This document shows positions 26,819 through 41,321 of a stretch of DNA of 64,000 bases, piece by piece; positions within the stretch are counted from its first letter, which is position 1; the number at the start of each line of letters is the position of its first letter. The translations under genes and the position numbers were made by a program. The notes under the pieces were generated by a model. That model was not told the DNA's origin, did not search any database, and worked only from the letters and a program-made list of their open reading frames with translations. The stretch is from Octopus sinensis (taxonomy: Eukaryota): contig NC_043022.1 in NCBI RefSeq assembly GCF_006345805.1, forward strand, positions 23,932,001-23,996,000. Reading direction: 5' to 3'.

Positions 26819-26832
26819 GCGCCCCCTGTTGG
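26819..26832 (-). promoter_or_regulatory. CTCF-type binding motif
   Basis: Minus strand CCAACAGGGGGCGC closely matches the bilaterian CTCF core, in unique AT-rich context. Confidence 0.55.
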
Positions 26833-27174
26833 CGCAAAATGTAATGAATGTGTGGATGGTTGCGTTTGTTGTTTCTAGTTGTAACTATAAACGAATAAAA
26901 GTTGTTCCTGGCAATCTAACTGCGGATGTGTGTATACGTTTCTCTGAGTGTATGTGTGTACGTGTGCGTCGTTGATTCTGTATGTGTTTGTGTGTTTATG
27001 CTATTTTTTCTGGGATTTTTTTGTGCTGTTTCTTTTTTGAGTTTATATTCATTGTAACATGTTTTTCATTTTCCTTTCGGAGAAAAACGATTCTATGTAT
27101 GTACATACAAATGTAATTTCTATATGTATGTATGTATATATATATATATATATATAATATATATATAATATAAT

Positions 27175-27220
<46 letters not shown>

Positions 27221-27299
27221 GTGTGTGTGTGTATATATATATATATCTATATTATATATTGTTATATAATGTGTATATATATATATATATATATAATAT

Positions 27300-27330
<31 letters not shown>

Positions 27331-28029
27331 GTATATATATTTATGTAATATATGTATATAATATTATATATATATATGTATGTATATGTATATATATATA
27401 TGAATATATATGTGTGTGTGTGAGTGTGTTATGTGTGTGTGTGTGCATATGTACATATACGTATATACACAGGTACATACACATGTATATATGATTGTTT
27501 GCGTGTGTGTGTAATTTAAATATATTTCGGCACTCATATATATTCATTTATTCAAAAGTAATATTCAGTTATTTTTATTTTCACGTTTCACTTTTCCCAT
27601 CGGTACAAACACACACACACACACACACACACACAACACACACACACACACATGCATATACTTGATTTACTCATCTGTTGCGTGATGAGCGAAGATTTCG
27701 CGAGACTCGGAGTACCAACGGAGTCTACTCTCAGGACTAAGATGAAGGCATAAGTACATTCTACTTTTGTCTTTAGGTTCTTTTTTTGTTAGTTAACACA
27801 CTATATAGACATATAAATATATATATAAATGTATGTATGTGTACATATATATATATAGATACTATATAAACAAAAATATGTACCCATACATAGTTACATG
27901 CATGCATACATACATACATACATGCATACATACATATACATACACATGAACGTGCATGTGTATATTTATACACATATGCGTCTGTGTAAGTATCTACATA
28001 CATAGTCATACATACATATACCTGCATAC

Positions 28030-28069
28030 ATATATATATAATATATATGTATATATATATATATATATA

Positions 28070-28108
<39 letters not shown>

Positions 28109-28140
28109 TATAATATATATATATTATATATTATATATAT

Positions 28141-28171
<31 letters not shown>

Positions 28172-28267
28172 TATATAGTATATATATATATATTATATAT
28201 ATATATATCATATATATATATATATATATAATATATTATATAAACATATATATATATATATATATAA

Positions 28268-28301
<34 letters not shown>

Positions 28302-28367
28302 ATACATATATATATATATATATATATATCTATATTATATATATGATATATCTATATACATATATAT

Positions 28368-28415
<48 letters not shown>

Positions 28416-28545
28416 CTTATAATATGTTATCTTATATATATATTATATATATATATGTATATATATAATTATATATGTATATATATATATATATATCTAT
28501 ATATATATGTATGAATATATATATGTATATATATATATATATATG
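28030..28545. repeat. Long imperfect (TA)n
   Basis: Directly visible; one of many such tracts (also ~18240-18890, 26420-26700, 29020-29230, 29690-30380, 44380-44720, 59515-59720). Confidence 0.95.
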
Positions 28546-29051
28546 TTGTATGATAGACCACACGCACGGTCACACTCACGCACACAAACACACATTCACA
28601 TACATAGACGTATGTAAATCCGAATGACTCATGCTTCCAGTGTGTTGAGCGATATGCTGTGTTTATTTTACTTTATAGCTTGCTTAGCCGCCAGAAACGC
28701 TTGTTTTTCTTGTTTCACTTATTTTCTTTCAATCAGTCAGTCATCTGCTCTTGGCAGACATTTTGCATTTTACCTCAGATTTCCTTTCGTTACATTTCCT
28801 TTTATATAAATTGTATATATTTAATATATTCTGTTTTGTTTATAATATATATTTTCATTTCATTCATGTCGCATTAGTTTATTGACTGTTTTTTATCGTT
28901 GTTTTTCTGGGGTTTTTTTTTGTTTCTTCTGTATTAAATAGAATTTATATTTCTCTTCCTTAGTAACACACACAAACATACATACAACATATACGGACAT
29001 ATACCTCTATATATGTTTATACATGTATATATATTATATATATATATATAT

Positions 29052-29104
<53 letters not shown>

Positions 29105-29399
29105 TATATATATTATATATATATATATATACACATATATATATACATATATATAATACATATACAATACTATATATATATACATATATAGCTATATACA
29201 TTATATATACTATTACATATATATATACACACATATTTTTGTCATACATACATTTTATATGTTATAATTACATGAATGCATATATATATATTGTATGTTG
29301 GTATGTATGTATGTATATATACATACATAGAAGGAGGTACATATATGTATTTCCTCGTTTATGTACACGCATACACTTATGTATGTCTCATAGTGGCCT

Positions 29400-29690
29400 C
29401 CCACGTATGTAAGTCTCATAGTTGTCTCCCATGCCACTCAAATATTAAGCGACCTCATCTTACCACTTCCGGTCATTTCAGCATACCCTCCGCGTTCTAC
29501 ATTCGAATGTTCCTCTTTTGTCATTTTTCCTACGCCATTTTTTCTTCTTTTTCTCTATCATTTCTTTCGGAAGAAGAGCGAATACTCGAAGCGTTCAAGA
29601 ATTCTCTTTCACCATTTCCTGAACACCAACGTAATTCACTCAGTGTATATATTTACCTCGTCTTTGTGTTACATTTTTATACACCAAATA
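29400..29690 (+). mobile_element. Penelope-like mini-element remnant
   Basis: CTTT-CGGAAGA-A-GAGCGAATACTC-GAAGCGTT; runs into (TA)n. Confidence 0.5.
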
Positions 29691-29802
29691 TATATATATA
29701 TATATGCATGCATATATATTTATATGTATGTGTATATACATATATACATATAATATATGCATATATATATACATATATATATATGCATATATATATATTA
29801 TA

Positions 29803-29863
<61 letters not shown>

Positions 29864-29975
29864 ATATATATATATATATAATATATATCTATATAATACA
29901 ATATATATATCTTATATATATATACATAATATAACATATCTAATATATATATATATATATTATATATATATATAG

Positions 29976-30007
<32 letters not shown>

Positions 30008-30202
30008 ATATACATATATAATATCGCATATATATATTATACGTGTATATATAGAGAGAGGGAGCGATAAAGTTTGCTTTAGAAGCGTTGAGAATAAATT
30101 TTTTCTGTATCTTTCAATACATCCCAACACGTGTAAAGCAAACTTGGTTACTTTCATTGTAGTTGAATACATATATATATGAAACCCACGCACACAAACA
30201 CA

Positions 30203-30233
<31 letters not shown>

Positions 30234-30289
30234 CAACATACAGATATAGTATATAGTATATAAAGTATATAAGCATATATATATATATA

Positions 30290-30381
<92 letters not shown>

Positions 30382-30439
30382 TTATATACTTTTGTCCTCG
30401 TAATGTTTGTATTGACAACTTTTTGTCCATAACACTGCT

Positions 30440-30840
30440 GAATGCAGAGTTCAAATTTTGACCAGGGTGTTAGCTACGAGGCTGGTGCTTATCGTCGGGG
30501 ATCTGGTAGGGGAGGCAGGGACATGCGCCATCCTGAAAAGATCTATCCATGACAATCTCCACCTCACGCGATACATCATTGAGAAAGTGGCTATAGAACT
30601 TGGCACGTGTAGGGACTTGGTCAATTTAGATCAGTGTAAAGATTTCGATTGGGTCGACCATCTAAACCTGGTGACGATCCTCAAGGCAGCTAGTTTCGGG
30701 TCTGTATTCAGGGGCTGGATCGCTACGGTGATATCGTCGGCATATGGCGACACACATCTCCTACTTCCTAGGTCATGCGGGATGCCTCTCACTGCTTCCA
30801 GTTTGTGTAGGAGTGGTTCGAGAGACAGTACATACTAGAG
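30440..30840 (+). pseudogene. Tx1/L1-clade reverse transcriptase fragment
   Basis: [18 protein letters not shown]...TCAILKRSIHDNLHL...NLDQCKDFDWVDH...FGSVFRGWI, a degenerate LD.xKAFDRV.H RT motif. Confidence 0.9.
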
Positions 30841-31279
30841 AGACGAGAGGGGGCACCCTTACCGGATCCAGCGCATGATGTTGAATGGTTTTGAGAGGTG
30901 ACCGTTCACTCTGACAACTGAACAGATGTTGCTGTGCAATGCAGCGATCTAGCCCCTGAATACAGGCTATGATGCTCTCCAATACTTCTCATGATCAGAG
31001 GTGTACATTCGTCTGCCACTAAGGGACATGCTCAACTGGTTGCAATCAAACAACTGACAAGCAAATCTGTGGTTTTGAGCAGAATGTTTGCTGTAGCCCA
31101 TCTTTTATACCAAGACAATACAATATACATGATAACACTTCCAATCAGTTAAGAACAGAAGCCATGAGAGCCACTGCCTGGTACTGCATCAGAGCTACTA
31201 CAGCATCAGGGTATCATCATCATCATCATCATCATCATCATTATTATTATTATTATTATTATTATTAATATTACTGTGT

Positions 31280-31770
31280 GTTTAGGTTTAGCTTTGTATA
31301 TGTAGAAGATGACTCCAAGAGACAAACAAGTTAGAAGTTCAAGTTGGTATTGTGACTAGGGTGCCATTTATTTGGTTTTGCACAGAGTATAGTTCTAGAG
31401 AATGTCTGTCAAAGCATAAGAAAATTAAAAGTTTGTTTTAAAAGTAATTTTATTATAAGATGATAGTGTGATCTTAAGTAAAGAGTGTTTGTAATTATGT
31501 ACATTTAAAAGTACTTTTGATAAATGTTTACAGATATAAATGTTTTGAGGATTACATAGGCAATATTTTTCGTTGGATGTGAGCAGTTCTTATCAGCACT
31601 CTCTTTTGAATTCATTCCATTTTTGGATTTCCTGGTATCCGAGATAGGTAGCAATCAGCCCCTTTGCTATCATCCCTTGGGCACCTATGTCAACATGTCG
31701 ATTGGGAAAATCATATCGATGAGGAGACATGATTTTTGTCTAAAATCCTTCAATATAATGTCTTGCCTAT

Positions 31771-31809
<39 letters not shown>

Positions 31810-32000
31810 TATTATTTTATTATATGTGTTTGACTTTTTTTGCTTTATATTTGTACAAGTTGGCTCCAAGTCTCACCCAGAGACCTCAAGAGACAACAGG
31901 TTGGAAGTTCATGTTTTGTTATGCCTAGTGTGCCATATATTTGGTTTTGTATTTAGTGTTGTACTAGTGAATGTCTAAAAAAAATTTTTTTAAAACATAC
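31280..32000 (-). mobile_element. R4/Dong-like RLE non-LTR retrotransposon 3' fragments (two)
   Basis: RQDIILKDFRQKSCLLIDMIFPID (PD...D endonuclease-like) and IQKRVLIRTAHIQRKIL C-terminus; duplicated 3' UTR ending in (AAT)n tails. Confidence 0.7.
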
Positions 32001-32038
32001 GAAAATTATGTTTGTTTTAAAACTTGAGATTACATAGA

Positions 32039-32165
<127 letters not shown>

Positions 32166-32373
32166 GTTCTATTTGCAATATAAGTAAGCGGTCACTGACG
32201 AGCCTGTAAAATCGCAACATCTAGATAAGTCAATCTTTCTTGTAGCCACAGAATAAAATACCATCAGGTTAAACTATGTCTACTTTGTGAAAACGAGGCT
32301 AAAGCTGTGTTTTCTGTCCCCACCCCGTAAGTTTATCTTGTACGCCTCTACCCTAACCCTTATCATGTGCACG

Positions 32374-32416
<43 letters not shown>

Positions 32417-32943
32417 CGTATATTGTGTGTTGTGTGTTGATACTGGGTATGTATCTATGTGCACTTGTGTGCATGCATGTATGTACCTATGCTATGTATA
32501 TGGGTGCATGCATATATACATACACATATAAACATATATATATATGTATATATATATATAAATATATAATATATATATATATTATATATATATATATAAT
32601 ATATATATATATATCTATATATTTGTATGTATATTCAATGCATTTTTTATGTCTGTATGTATATGTGTTCGTAGAAAGAGAAAATGAAAGATACTGAGAC
32701 TGAGAAAGCGAATTAATGTGTGTGTGCGTGTGTGTTTGTGTACACGCACATGTGTATATATAGGTATTTATACACACGCATACACACATGCACACACACA
32801 CATACACATTATATATATATATATATATATATAAACACGTGTTTATATACATATGCACAGATATATATATACACATATGTACAGGTATGCACACATATAT
32901 ATGTGTGTGAATGCGTGTGTGTGTGTGTACAGAGTGTGTGTAC

Positions 32944-32975
<32 letters not shown>

Positions 32976-33152
32976 CGAGAGAGAGAAGGTGAGGTAGAGA
33001 AAGCGAATTATATATGTATATATGTTGAAATGTCCGTATGTGCGCGCGCATTTGTATGAATGTGTATGAGTGTGTATGTATACACTCGTATACACACACG
33101 CATGTACAAACACACACATATATGTATATATACACATTTACATACATACATG

Positions 33153-33196
<44 letters not shown>

Positions 33197-34207
33197 CACA
33201 CATACACACACTTACATATATATCAAACGAGCGAGAGTGAAATCTTTCTCAATTTCGTCCGTATAAATTCTCCCAGTAACCTTTAGTCAATCTCTTAACA
33301 TAGATTCAATTACTTGCTTTAATTGATAATATATAGTATTATCTCTCGATAATTGAAAAACTGCATAAACTTGATATTACACAAGAGACATAATCTGAGC
33401 TCAGCCAACTTAAATCGTATCCATTACATCGGCGCGGCTTTCACTCAAATAGCAGACGACATCTTACATTAATCAGTATTACTTCATGTGTGAAAGTAAA
33501 ATGGTGGTGTTGATGCTGCTGCTATTAATGTTGGTGTTAGTACTTGTGTTGGTAGTGGTTGTGATGCTAGTGGTGGTGGTATTGGTAGTGGTGGTGGTTA
33601 GTTTTTCTTTGTGATGGTGTGGTGGTGGTGGTGGTGGTTGTGATTATTATGGTAAAAATAATCGATCGGTTTAGCCTTGCTTTATGAAGTAAAAATCTAT
33701 TGAAGACTTACTCCCTCCTCCTCCTTCCCCCAGAGAAAAAGAGACAGTGTCAGACAGAGAGAGAGAATGAAAGAAAGAGTACAAAGAGGAAAAACGAGAG
33801 TTGGAGGTAAGTTGATGGCGAGAGCTGGGGTTTGGGGCAGAATGGGGAAAGTAAAGAGAGCCTGGAGAAGAAATAAACTGAAATAAAACAGCGATAAGAT
33901 TCGGATTTGTAGCTGGCATTAAAATAAACATGTTGGTTGTGATAAAGAACTCGTTGATTGAAACGGTTTTATATTCCTCAACTTAGCTATTTATTTTATT
34001 GTATTTGTCTGAAAATTTATTGCCATTACAACGGATAGCTTCAGGGCTTCTTTATTCTGTGTGTATGTTCGGTTTGATTTTGAGCTTAAAATTTTCTTAC
34101 CAATAAGAAAGAGAAAGCGCCGGTTTCTAACTCAGAAACAAGACGTTTTTATTTAATGAAATCTTTTCTTTGTTTTTTTGTTTTGTTTTTTTTTTTTCTT
34201 TTTCGTT

Positions 34208-34632
34208 CTCTTTTACTTGCTTCAGACTGCGGCTATGCTGGAGCACTGCCTTGAAGAATTGGATCCTATTATAAATTTGCTTAGTTATTTATTTATTTAT
34301 TTATTCATTTACATTGAAGCCTGGTACTTATTCTACTTGACTCTTTTGTCGAACCGCTGTTACAGTGACGTAAACAAACCAACACCGTTTGTCAAGCAGT
34401 GACGGGGGCAAACACACGTACGCATGCACAAACACATACAACACACACACACACACACACACACATGCACACATATATACGACGGCTTTCTTTCAGTTTC
34501 CGTCTGCCAAATCCATTCAGAAGGCTTTGGTTGATCCAGGGCTGTAGCAGGAGATATTTGCCCAATGTTTCACGCGGTGGGACGGAACCCGGAACCATGA
34601 GGTTGCGAATCAGACTTCTTACCACGCCTGCT
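34208..34632 (-). mobile_element. Family-A SINE (older)
   Basis: Homology to 22458-22850. Confidence 0.85.
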
Positions 34633-34799
34633 TTTATTATAATGTAGACACCAGCTAGTTATCCATGTGCATATGTGCGCGGTCTTGTATGTCATTTCAT
34701 GTGTAGACTTCTACGTTTTTAATTATGAAAATACGTACCTACGTTTGCATGACTATGCGTGAGCGTGTATGGTTAGTTCACATTACACGGTAAGGGAGC

Positions 34800-35005
34800 A
34801 TAGGGCTAGTTTCAAGGTTTATCTGGTGTATATATTCCTTCCAAGGTGAGACGCTGATCTATCACAGGATTGCTCATTTTTACCAGCTGAGTGGACTGGA
34901 GTAACGTGAAACGAAGTGCTTTGCTCAAGAACAACGCATCAGCCGGTCCAGGAATCGAAACCACAATCTCACGATCAGGACACCAACACCCTAACCACTG
35001 AGCCC
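34800..35005 (-). mobile_element. Family-C' SINE
   Basis: CAGCTGAGTGGACTGGAG.AACGTGAAA body; tRNA head GGCTCAGTGGTTAGGG. Confidence 0.75.
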
Positions 35006-35236
35006 TGTGTGTGTGTGTGTGTGTGGTGTGGTGTGTGTATGCTCTCTCTTTTACTTGTTTCAGTCATTTGACTGCGGCCATGCCGGAGCACCGCCTATAG
35101 TCAAGCAAATCGACCCATGGACTTATTCTTTGTAAGCCCAGTACTTATTCTATCGGTTCTCTTTTGCCAAACAGCTAAGTGACGGAGACATAAATACACC
35201 AGCATCAGTTTGTCAAGCAATGCTAGGGGCACAAAC

Positions 35237-35336
35237 NNNNNNNNNNNNNNNNNNNNNNNNNNNNNNNNNNNNNNNNNNNNNNNNNNNNNNNNNNNNNNNN
35301 NNNNNNNNNNNNNNNNNNNNNNNNNNNNNNNNNNNN
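35237..35336. other. Assembly gap (100 N) interrupting a family-A SINE (35043-35236)
   Basis: N run; its true size is unknown. Confidence 1.
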
Positions 35337-35589
35337 TTAATGAATATGTTTGTAAATGTGTGTGAAAGCGTGTGCGAAAATGTGTGTACTCATCAATGAA
35401 TTTATTTATAAATGTGTATATGTATGTGTGTGTAAGTGTGTGTGTGTGTGCGTGTGAAAAGGCGTGTGTATGTTTGTGCATATATGTGTGTGTAAGAAAG
35501 GGTGTACATTTGTCAGTGAATACATTTGTAAATGTGTATGTATATGCGTGTATGCTTGTGCATGTATATGTGTAAAATATGATGTCTAT

Positions 35590-35836
35590 ACTCTTTTACT
35601 TGCTTCAGTCATTTGACTGTGGCCATGCTGGAGCACCGCCTTTAGTCGAGCATATTGACCCCAGGACTTATTCTTTGGAAGCCTAATACTTATTCTATAG
35701 GTGTCTTTTGCTGAACCGCTAAGTTACGGGGACGTAAATACACCAGCATCGGTTGTCAAGCGATGTTGGGGGACAAACACAGGCACACAAACACATACAT
35801 ACATACTACATACATACATACATAATACATACATAC

Positions 35837-35910
<74 letters not shown>

Positions 35911-36053
35911 TACGACGGGCTTCTTTCAGTTCTGTCTTAGGTCAGCCCGAGGCTATAGTAGAAGACACTTGCCCAAGGTGCCACGCAGTGGAACTGAACC
36001 CGGAACCATGTGGTTCGTAAGCAACCTACTTACCACACAGCCCCTCCTACGCC
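35590..36053 (-). mobile_element. Family-A SINE
   Basis: Full length, with expanded internal (TA)n. Confidence 0.92.
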
Positions 36054-36257
36054 TATGTATATGTGTGTAAATGTCTACGTGTGATCAGGTGCATGTATAT
36101 GTGTGTATACATGCATTGTTTGTGTGTGAGAGAGAGGGGGACAACAGTAAAAGTATTTGTTTTATTTCATGTCGCAATTGTCCGCGTTTCAATCACAATC
36201 CACCCTGATGTTCCAGCTTTGGCCACCCTTCCTCTTTCTGTATTAGGACATATTAGA

Positions 36258-36670
36258 AAGCGAGCTGGCAGAAGCGTTAGCACGCCGGGCGAAATACTGA
36301 GCAGTATTTCGCCTGCCGCTACGTTCTGAGTTCAAATTCCGCCGAGGTCGATTTTGCCTTTCATCCTTTCGGGGTCGAATAAATAAGTACCAGTTACGCA
36401 CTGGGGTCGATATAATCGACTTAATCCATGTGTCTGTCTTTGTTTGTCCACTCTGTGTTTAGCCCCTTGTGGGTAGTAAAGAAATAGGTATTTCGTCTAC
36501 CGTTACGTTCTGAGTTCAAATTCCGCCGAGGTCGACTTTGCCTTTCATCCTTCCGAGGTCGATTAAATAAGTACCAGTTGCATACTGGGGTCGATGTAAT
36601 CGACTTAATGCGTTTGTCTGTCCTTGTTTGTCCCTTCTATGCTTAGCCCCTTGTGAGCAATAAAGAAATA
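36258..36670 (+). mobile_element. Head-to-tail family-B SINE dimer
   Basis: Full copy, then a 5'-truncated copy joined at GAAATAGGTATTTCG. Confidence 0.92.
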
Positions 36671-36865
36671 AAGTGTACGTCTGGATATATCTTAAGATGG
36701 GATGGCCACAGCTGGTAAAATCTTTGATAATGAGTTTTTGGGTTCAAGCCTGACCTATGACGAAGCAACAACAAATATATGGTAGATGTGATCAAAAATG
36801 TCACCCACCCCCCGCCTTTGCCCATCACTTCTTTTTGCATGCGAAAACTACAACATAGGTACATA

Positions 36866-37262
36866 CGTGGCTGTGTGGTAAGAAGTTTGCTTCCCAGCCA
36901 CATGGTTCCGGGTTCGGTCCCGCTGCGTGGCACTTTGGGCGAGTGTCTTCTACTATAGCCTCAGGCCGACCAAAGCCTTGTTAATGGATTTGATAGATTG
37001 AAACTGAAAGAAGCCTGTTGTATATATATGCATGTATATGTATCTCTGTGTGTATTTGTGTCTGTGTTTGTCCCTCCCACTGCCGCTTGACAACCGGTGT
37101 TGGTGTGTTTACGTCCCCGTTTTTTATTGCCTCAGCAAAAAAATGAGATCGACAGAATAAGTGCCAGGCATAACGAAAAACAAATACTGGGGTTAATTCA
37201 TTTAACTAAAAGTTCTTCAAGGCGTTGCCCCAGCGTGGCCGCAATCAAAGAAAAAGACAAAA
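36866..37262 (+). mobile_element. Family-A SINE
   Basis: GTGGCTGTGTGGTAAG head to CCCCAGCGTGGCCGCA tail. Confidence 0.88.
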
Positions 37263-37406
37263 GATCGACTCTATCTTTCCTTTTTCTTAAGCTGATAGTA
37301 GTATGATTTAAGGGAGTTTGGCTGTCATTTCGAAAAGGTTGGGCACCCACGGAGACAGAGGCTTCTATATTTGTACCAGCTATGTGATAGTCTTTCGAAA
37401 TGTATG

Positions 37407-37482
<76 letters not shown>

Positions 37483-37816
37483 TTTGTGTATATATATACT
37501 CGCATGGATTTCTCAGTATGTGTGTGTGTGAGAGAACTTATGTGTGCAACAAAGAGGAGAAACACGGAAGTTTGTGTGTATGTATTTGTGTATGTATGTA
37601 TGTGTGTGTTTGTGTATGCCCCTTTGGGTGTAGAGGTGTCATGTACGTGTGTGCATTTGACTGTTTCTTGTATGCGCGTACCTTTGAGCGTATGTCTTTG
37701 CCAGTGAATGTGTCAATATGGGGTTAGGGGGTAAGATTGATTGATCGATCGATATAGATAAATAAACAGGGAAACAGATAGACAGGCATACAGATAGATA
37801 GATGGATGGATGGATG

Positions 37817-37926
<110 letters not shown>

Positions 37927-38756
37927 TAGATAGATAGACAGATATACAGAGGCAGATAGATAGACAGATAGATAGATAGTAAAGAGTGTATGTATGTGTG
38001 TGTGTATATATATGTGTGTGTATATATATATATATACATATATACAGGTATTTGTGCCTGTGTTTACTCGTGTTATGAGGTGAGAGAAAGAAAGGTGTGT
38101 CTGTGTGTCTATGTTTTACCCGTATATGTATTGCCCAGTAGTCGTGAATGTCGTGTGTATGCGTATGTGTCTGTGTTTTTTTGTGTATGTGTGCGTACGT
38201 GGTGTGTTCGAAAGGCGGTTTAGTTTTCTCATGAAACGGTCGGCTATGTCAAAACAGTCGGTTGGGGGGCGCGGTTGAAGAGAGGGGGTTTGTATCACAA
38301 CAATAGCAAGATCCACCGACCAACACCACCACCACCAACAACAACAACAACAACAAATCCTCCCCCATCATCATCATCATCACCGGCACCAACCACTACT
38401 AGTAATACATCTAACAACAACAACAACAACAACAGCTACAACAATATCAACAATGGCGGACGGAGCGTTATCGAAACAACCGCAACATGAAAATAACTTT
38501 TTATTTGTCGTGACATGATTCAGGGAAATAAAGTGGAAATATAATAGGTTCTTGAGAGATTGGGAGGGAGATGGGGGTGGAGGAAGGGAGAGAGAGGGTG
38601 AGTGAGAGGGAGAGAGTGTGAAGGAGAGGGTGAGAGAGAGGAGGGCGTCTTGGAGCGAGAGAAAAAAGAGAAAGAGGAAGAAATGAAGGTGGGAGGGAAT
38701 AGGTTGATTAAGAAAGCGCAATTTTAGTGCGGGAGGTGCTGCGTGTACGAGTGTGT

Positions 38757-39110
38757 GTGTGTATATACGTCTGTGTATGTGTGTGTCACAAAGAGAGAGA
38801 GAGAGAGAGTATGTGTGTGCGTGAGAATGTCTGTGTTTGTGTGTGTGTGTGTGTGTGTATATACGTCTGTGTATGTGTGTGTCACAAACAGAGAGAGTAT
38901 GTGTGTGCGTAAGAATGTCTGTGTTTGTGTGTGTGTGTGTGTATACGTCTGTGTATGTGTGTGTCACAAAGAGAGAGAGAGTATGTGTGCGTGAGAATGT
39001 CTGTGTTTGTGTGTGTGTGTATACGTCTGTGTATGTGTGTGTCACAAAGAGAGAGAGAGAGAGTATGTGTGTGCGTGAGAATATCTGTGTTTGTGTGTGT
39101 GTATGTGTGA
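38757..39110. repeat. Minisatellite (4 units, ~78-96 bp) built from microsatellites
   Basis: Unit TATACGTCTGTGTATGTGTGTGTCACAAA(GA)nGTATGTGTG..CGTGAGAATGTCTGTGTTT(GT)n. Confidence 0.9.
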
Positions 39111-40511
39111 GAGAGAGAGAAAGGGCATGTGTGCATGAGTATCCCGCGGTGTATGTGTATGTATGTGAGTGTGTTTGAGTGTGTGTATGTGTGTGAGTTT
39201 GTACACGTTTGTGTGTGTGTCAATGTGCGCTTGTGTGAGAAAGAGATGAGAGATAGCGTGAGTTTTCTGTCTTAGTGTGTGAGTGCAAGAGAGAGAGAGA
39301 GAGATGTGTATGTGCCGCAATGTGTGAGTGCGTGTATGTGTGTGTGCAAGAGAGAGGAGGTATATGTGCCTCGATGTGTGTGTTTGAGTGTATGTGTGTG
39401 TGTGAGTGCAAGAGAGAGAGAGAGAGAGAGGAGGTATATGTGCCTCGATGTGTGTGTGTGTGTGCATGAGTGTGCCTCGATGTGTATGTGCCAGATAAAG
39501 AGAGATAAGAGAGAGTGTATATGTCCCTGGGTGTGTACCTCGGTTTGTGTGTTTGAGTGTGTGTATGTGAACGTGTGCGTGTGCAAGAGAAAGAAGCAAA
39601 CTGAGTGTTTGCATGCATGTATACATATGTATGTGTGTGTGTGTATGAATGTGTACATGTGTAGGTTTTAAAAGAAGTGGGGATTAAGTATAGAGTGATA
39701 ATATGTGTCGGTAGAGGGAGCAGGCGGAAAATGAAGTGTGTCAATGAATTGTAAATGATCAGCCTTTGTAAATAAACGACTGGACGCCATAAAACACAGC
39801 AATAAATTCAACTGACAAATTCTTCTTCTTCATTTCCTCCTCCTCTTCCTTCTTTTTGTCCCTCCTCCCTCTTCTTATTTCTTCCTCTTCCTTCTTCCTT
39901 TTGTTCCTCCTCCCACTTATTTCTTCCTCTTTCATTTTGGATGAGATATTCAATCTTGGGCTATTATTTAAAACACAATCTGTCTCCCTTGTCATATAAA
40001 GCTAACACCAACGACACCACCGCCACCGCCAACAACATCAACAACTGCAGCAACAACGCACCGCCATCGCCAATGACAAAAACACCCTCACCACCAACAA
40101 CACCAACAGCAACCACAAACAGCAACAACAACAACAACAGTAACGACACCAGCATCGCCAATGATAAAACAAAGCACCACCGGTACTACCACCTCCCCCA
40201 CCACGACCATCACCACCACCACCACCGACAACAACCACAGCACCATGAACAACACCATCTGCATCATCAAGACTAATACCAACACCAATATCAATATTAG
40301 GCGATCCTTCGGTATAGGTACCGTAAGTACCAGGTGGCTTTGTTTACATTTCTGAAGATAACAGAAACCTTTTTCTCCCACCCCTAACCCTAACGCTAAC
40401 CCCCCCATATATATATATATGTTTCCGGCGCATCTTCCTCGCTATCATCCGGGACAGCAATACCTTTTCTATTTTGTCTGCTGGGATCATAAGAAATGCT
40501 TCAGTATTTAT

Positions 40512-41050
40512 AGGCGCAGGAGTGGCTGTGTGGTAAGTAGCTTGCTTACCAACCACATGGTTCCAGGTTCAGTGCCACTGCGTGGCACCTTGGGCAAGTG
40601 ACTTCTGCTATAGCCTCGGGCCGACCAAAACCTTGTGAGTGGATTTGGTAGACGGAAACTGAAAGAAGCTCGTCGTATATATGTGTATATATATTAGAAG
40701 GTTTGGAAATGATGTACAGGTATTTTATATTAGAAGAAATGAGGTACTCAGAAAATCGGATGGTTTTATATTTACAGATATTTATTGTATATTACATGTT
40801 TTTATACATCATGTAACTTATATCATATATTAGCGCTCTGTATGAGTGTGTATATGTTTGTCCCCCTCCCTCCCGCTTGACAACCGATGGTGGTGTGTTT
40901 ATGTCCCCGTAACTTAGTGGTTCGGCAAAAGAGACCGATAGAATAAGTACTAGGCTTCCAAAGAATAAGTCTTGGAGTCGATTTTCTCGACTAAAGGCGG
41001 TGCTCCAGCATGACCACAGTCACATGACTGAAACAAATAAAAGAGAAAAA
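40512..41050 (+). mobile_element. Family-A SINE with ~140-bp insert in its internal TA tract
   Basis: Intact head GGCGCAGGAGTGGC and tail; foreign sequence at ~40690-40830. Confidence 0.9.
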
Positions 41051-41321
41051 AGAGTATTGCGAGAGGCAAGATACTCTGTATTTGAGTAAACAACAACAAC
41101 ACTAACGCCATCCAATCGCCAACACTACCACCATCACCACCACCACCAACAACAACAACAGAACCAGTAACCCCTCCTACGATTAAGTAGCGCCAACACA
41201 CTCCGACCCTTACCGTCATTAACAGCAGCACTTCCATTTGACTCTGTCGATTCCACTACTGTTACCACCACAAACACGGCCAGTACCACCCTCCACCAAG
41301 CATTACCACCAACCGGCAGTC

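Noticed and set aside
27670-27745. C/D-box snoRNA (GTGATGA, terminal TCATCT/AGATGA) or small minus-strand exon
   Set aside because: The D box is CTAA rather than CTGA, the donor is weak, and there is no other support.
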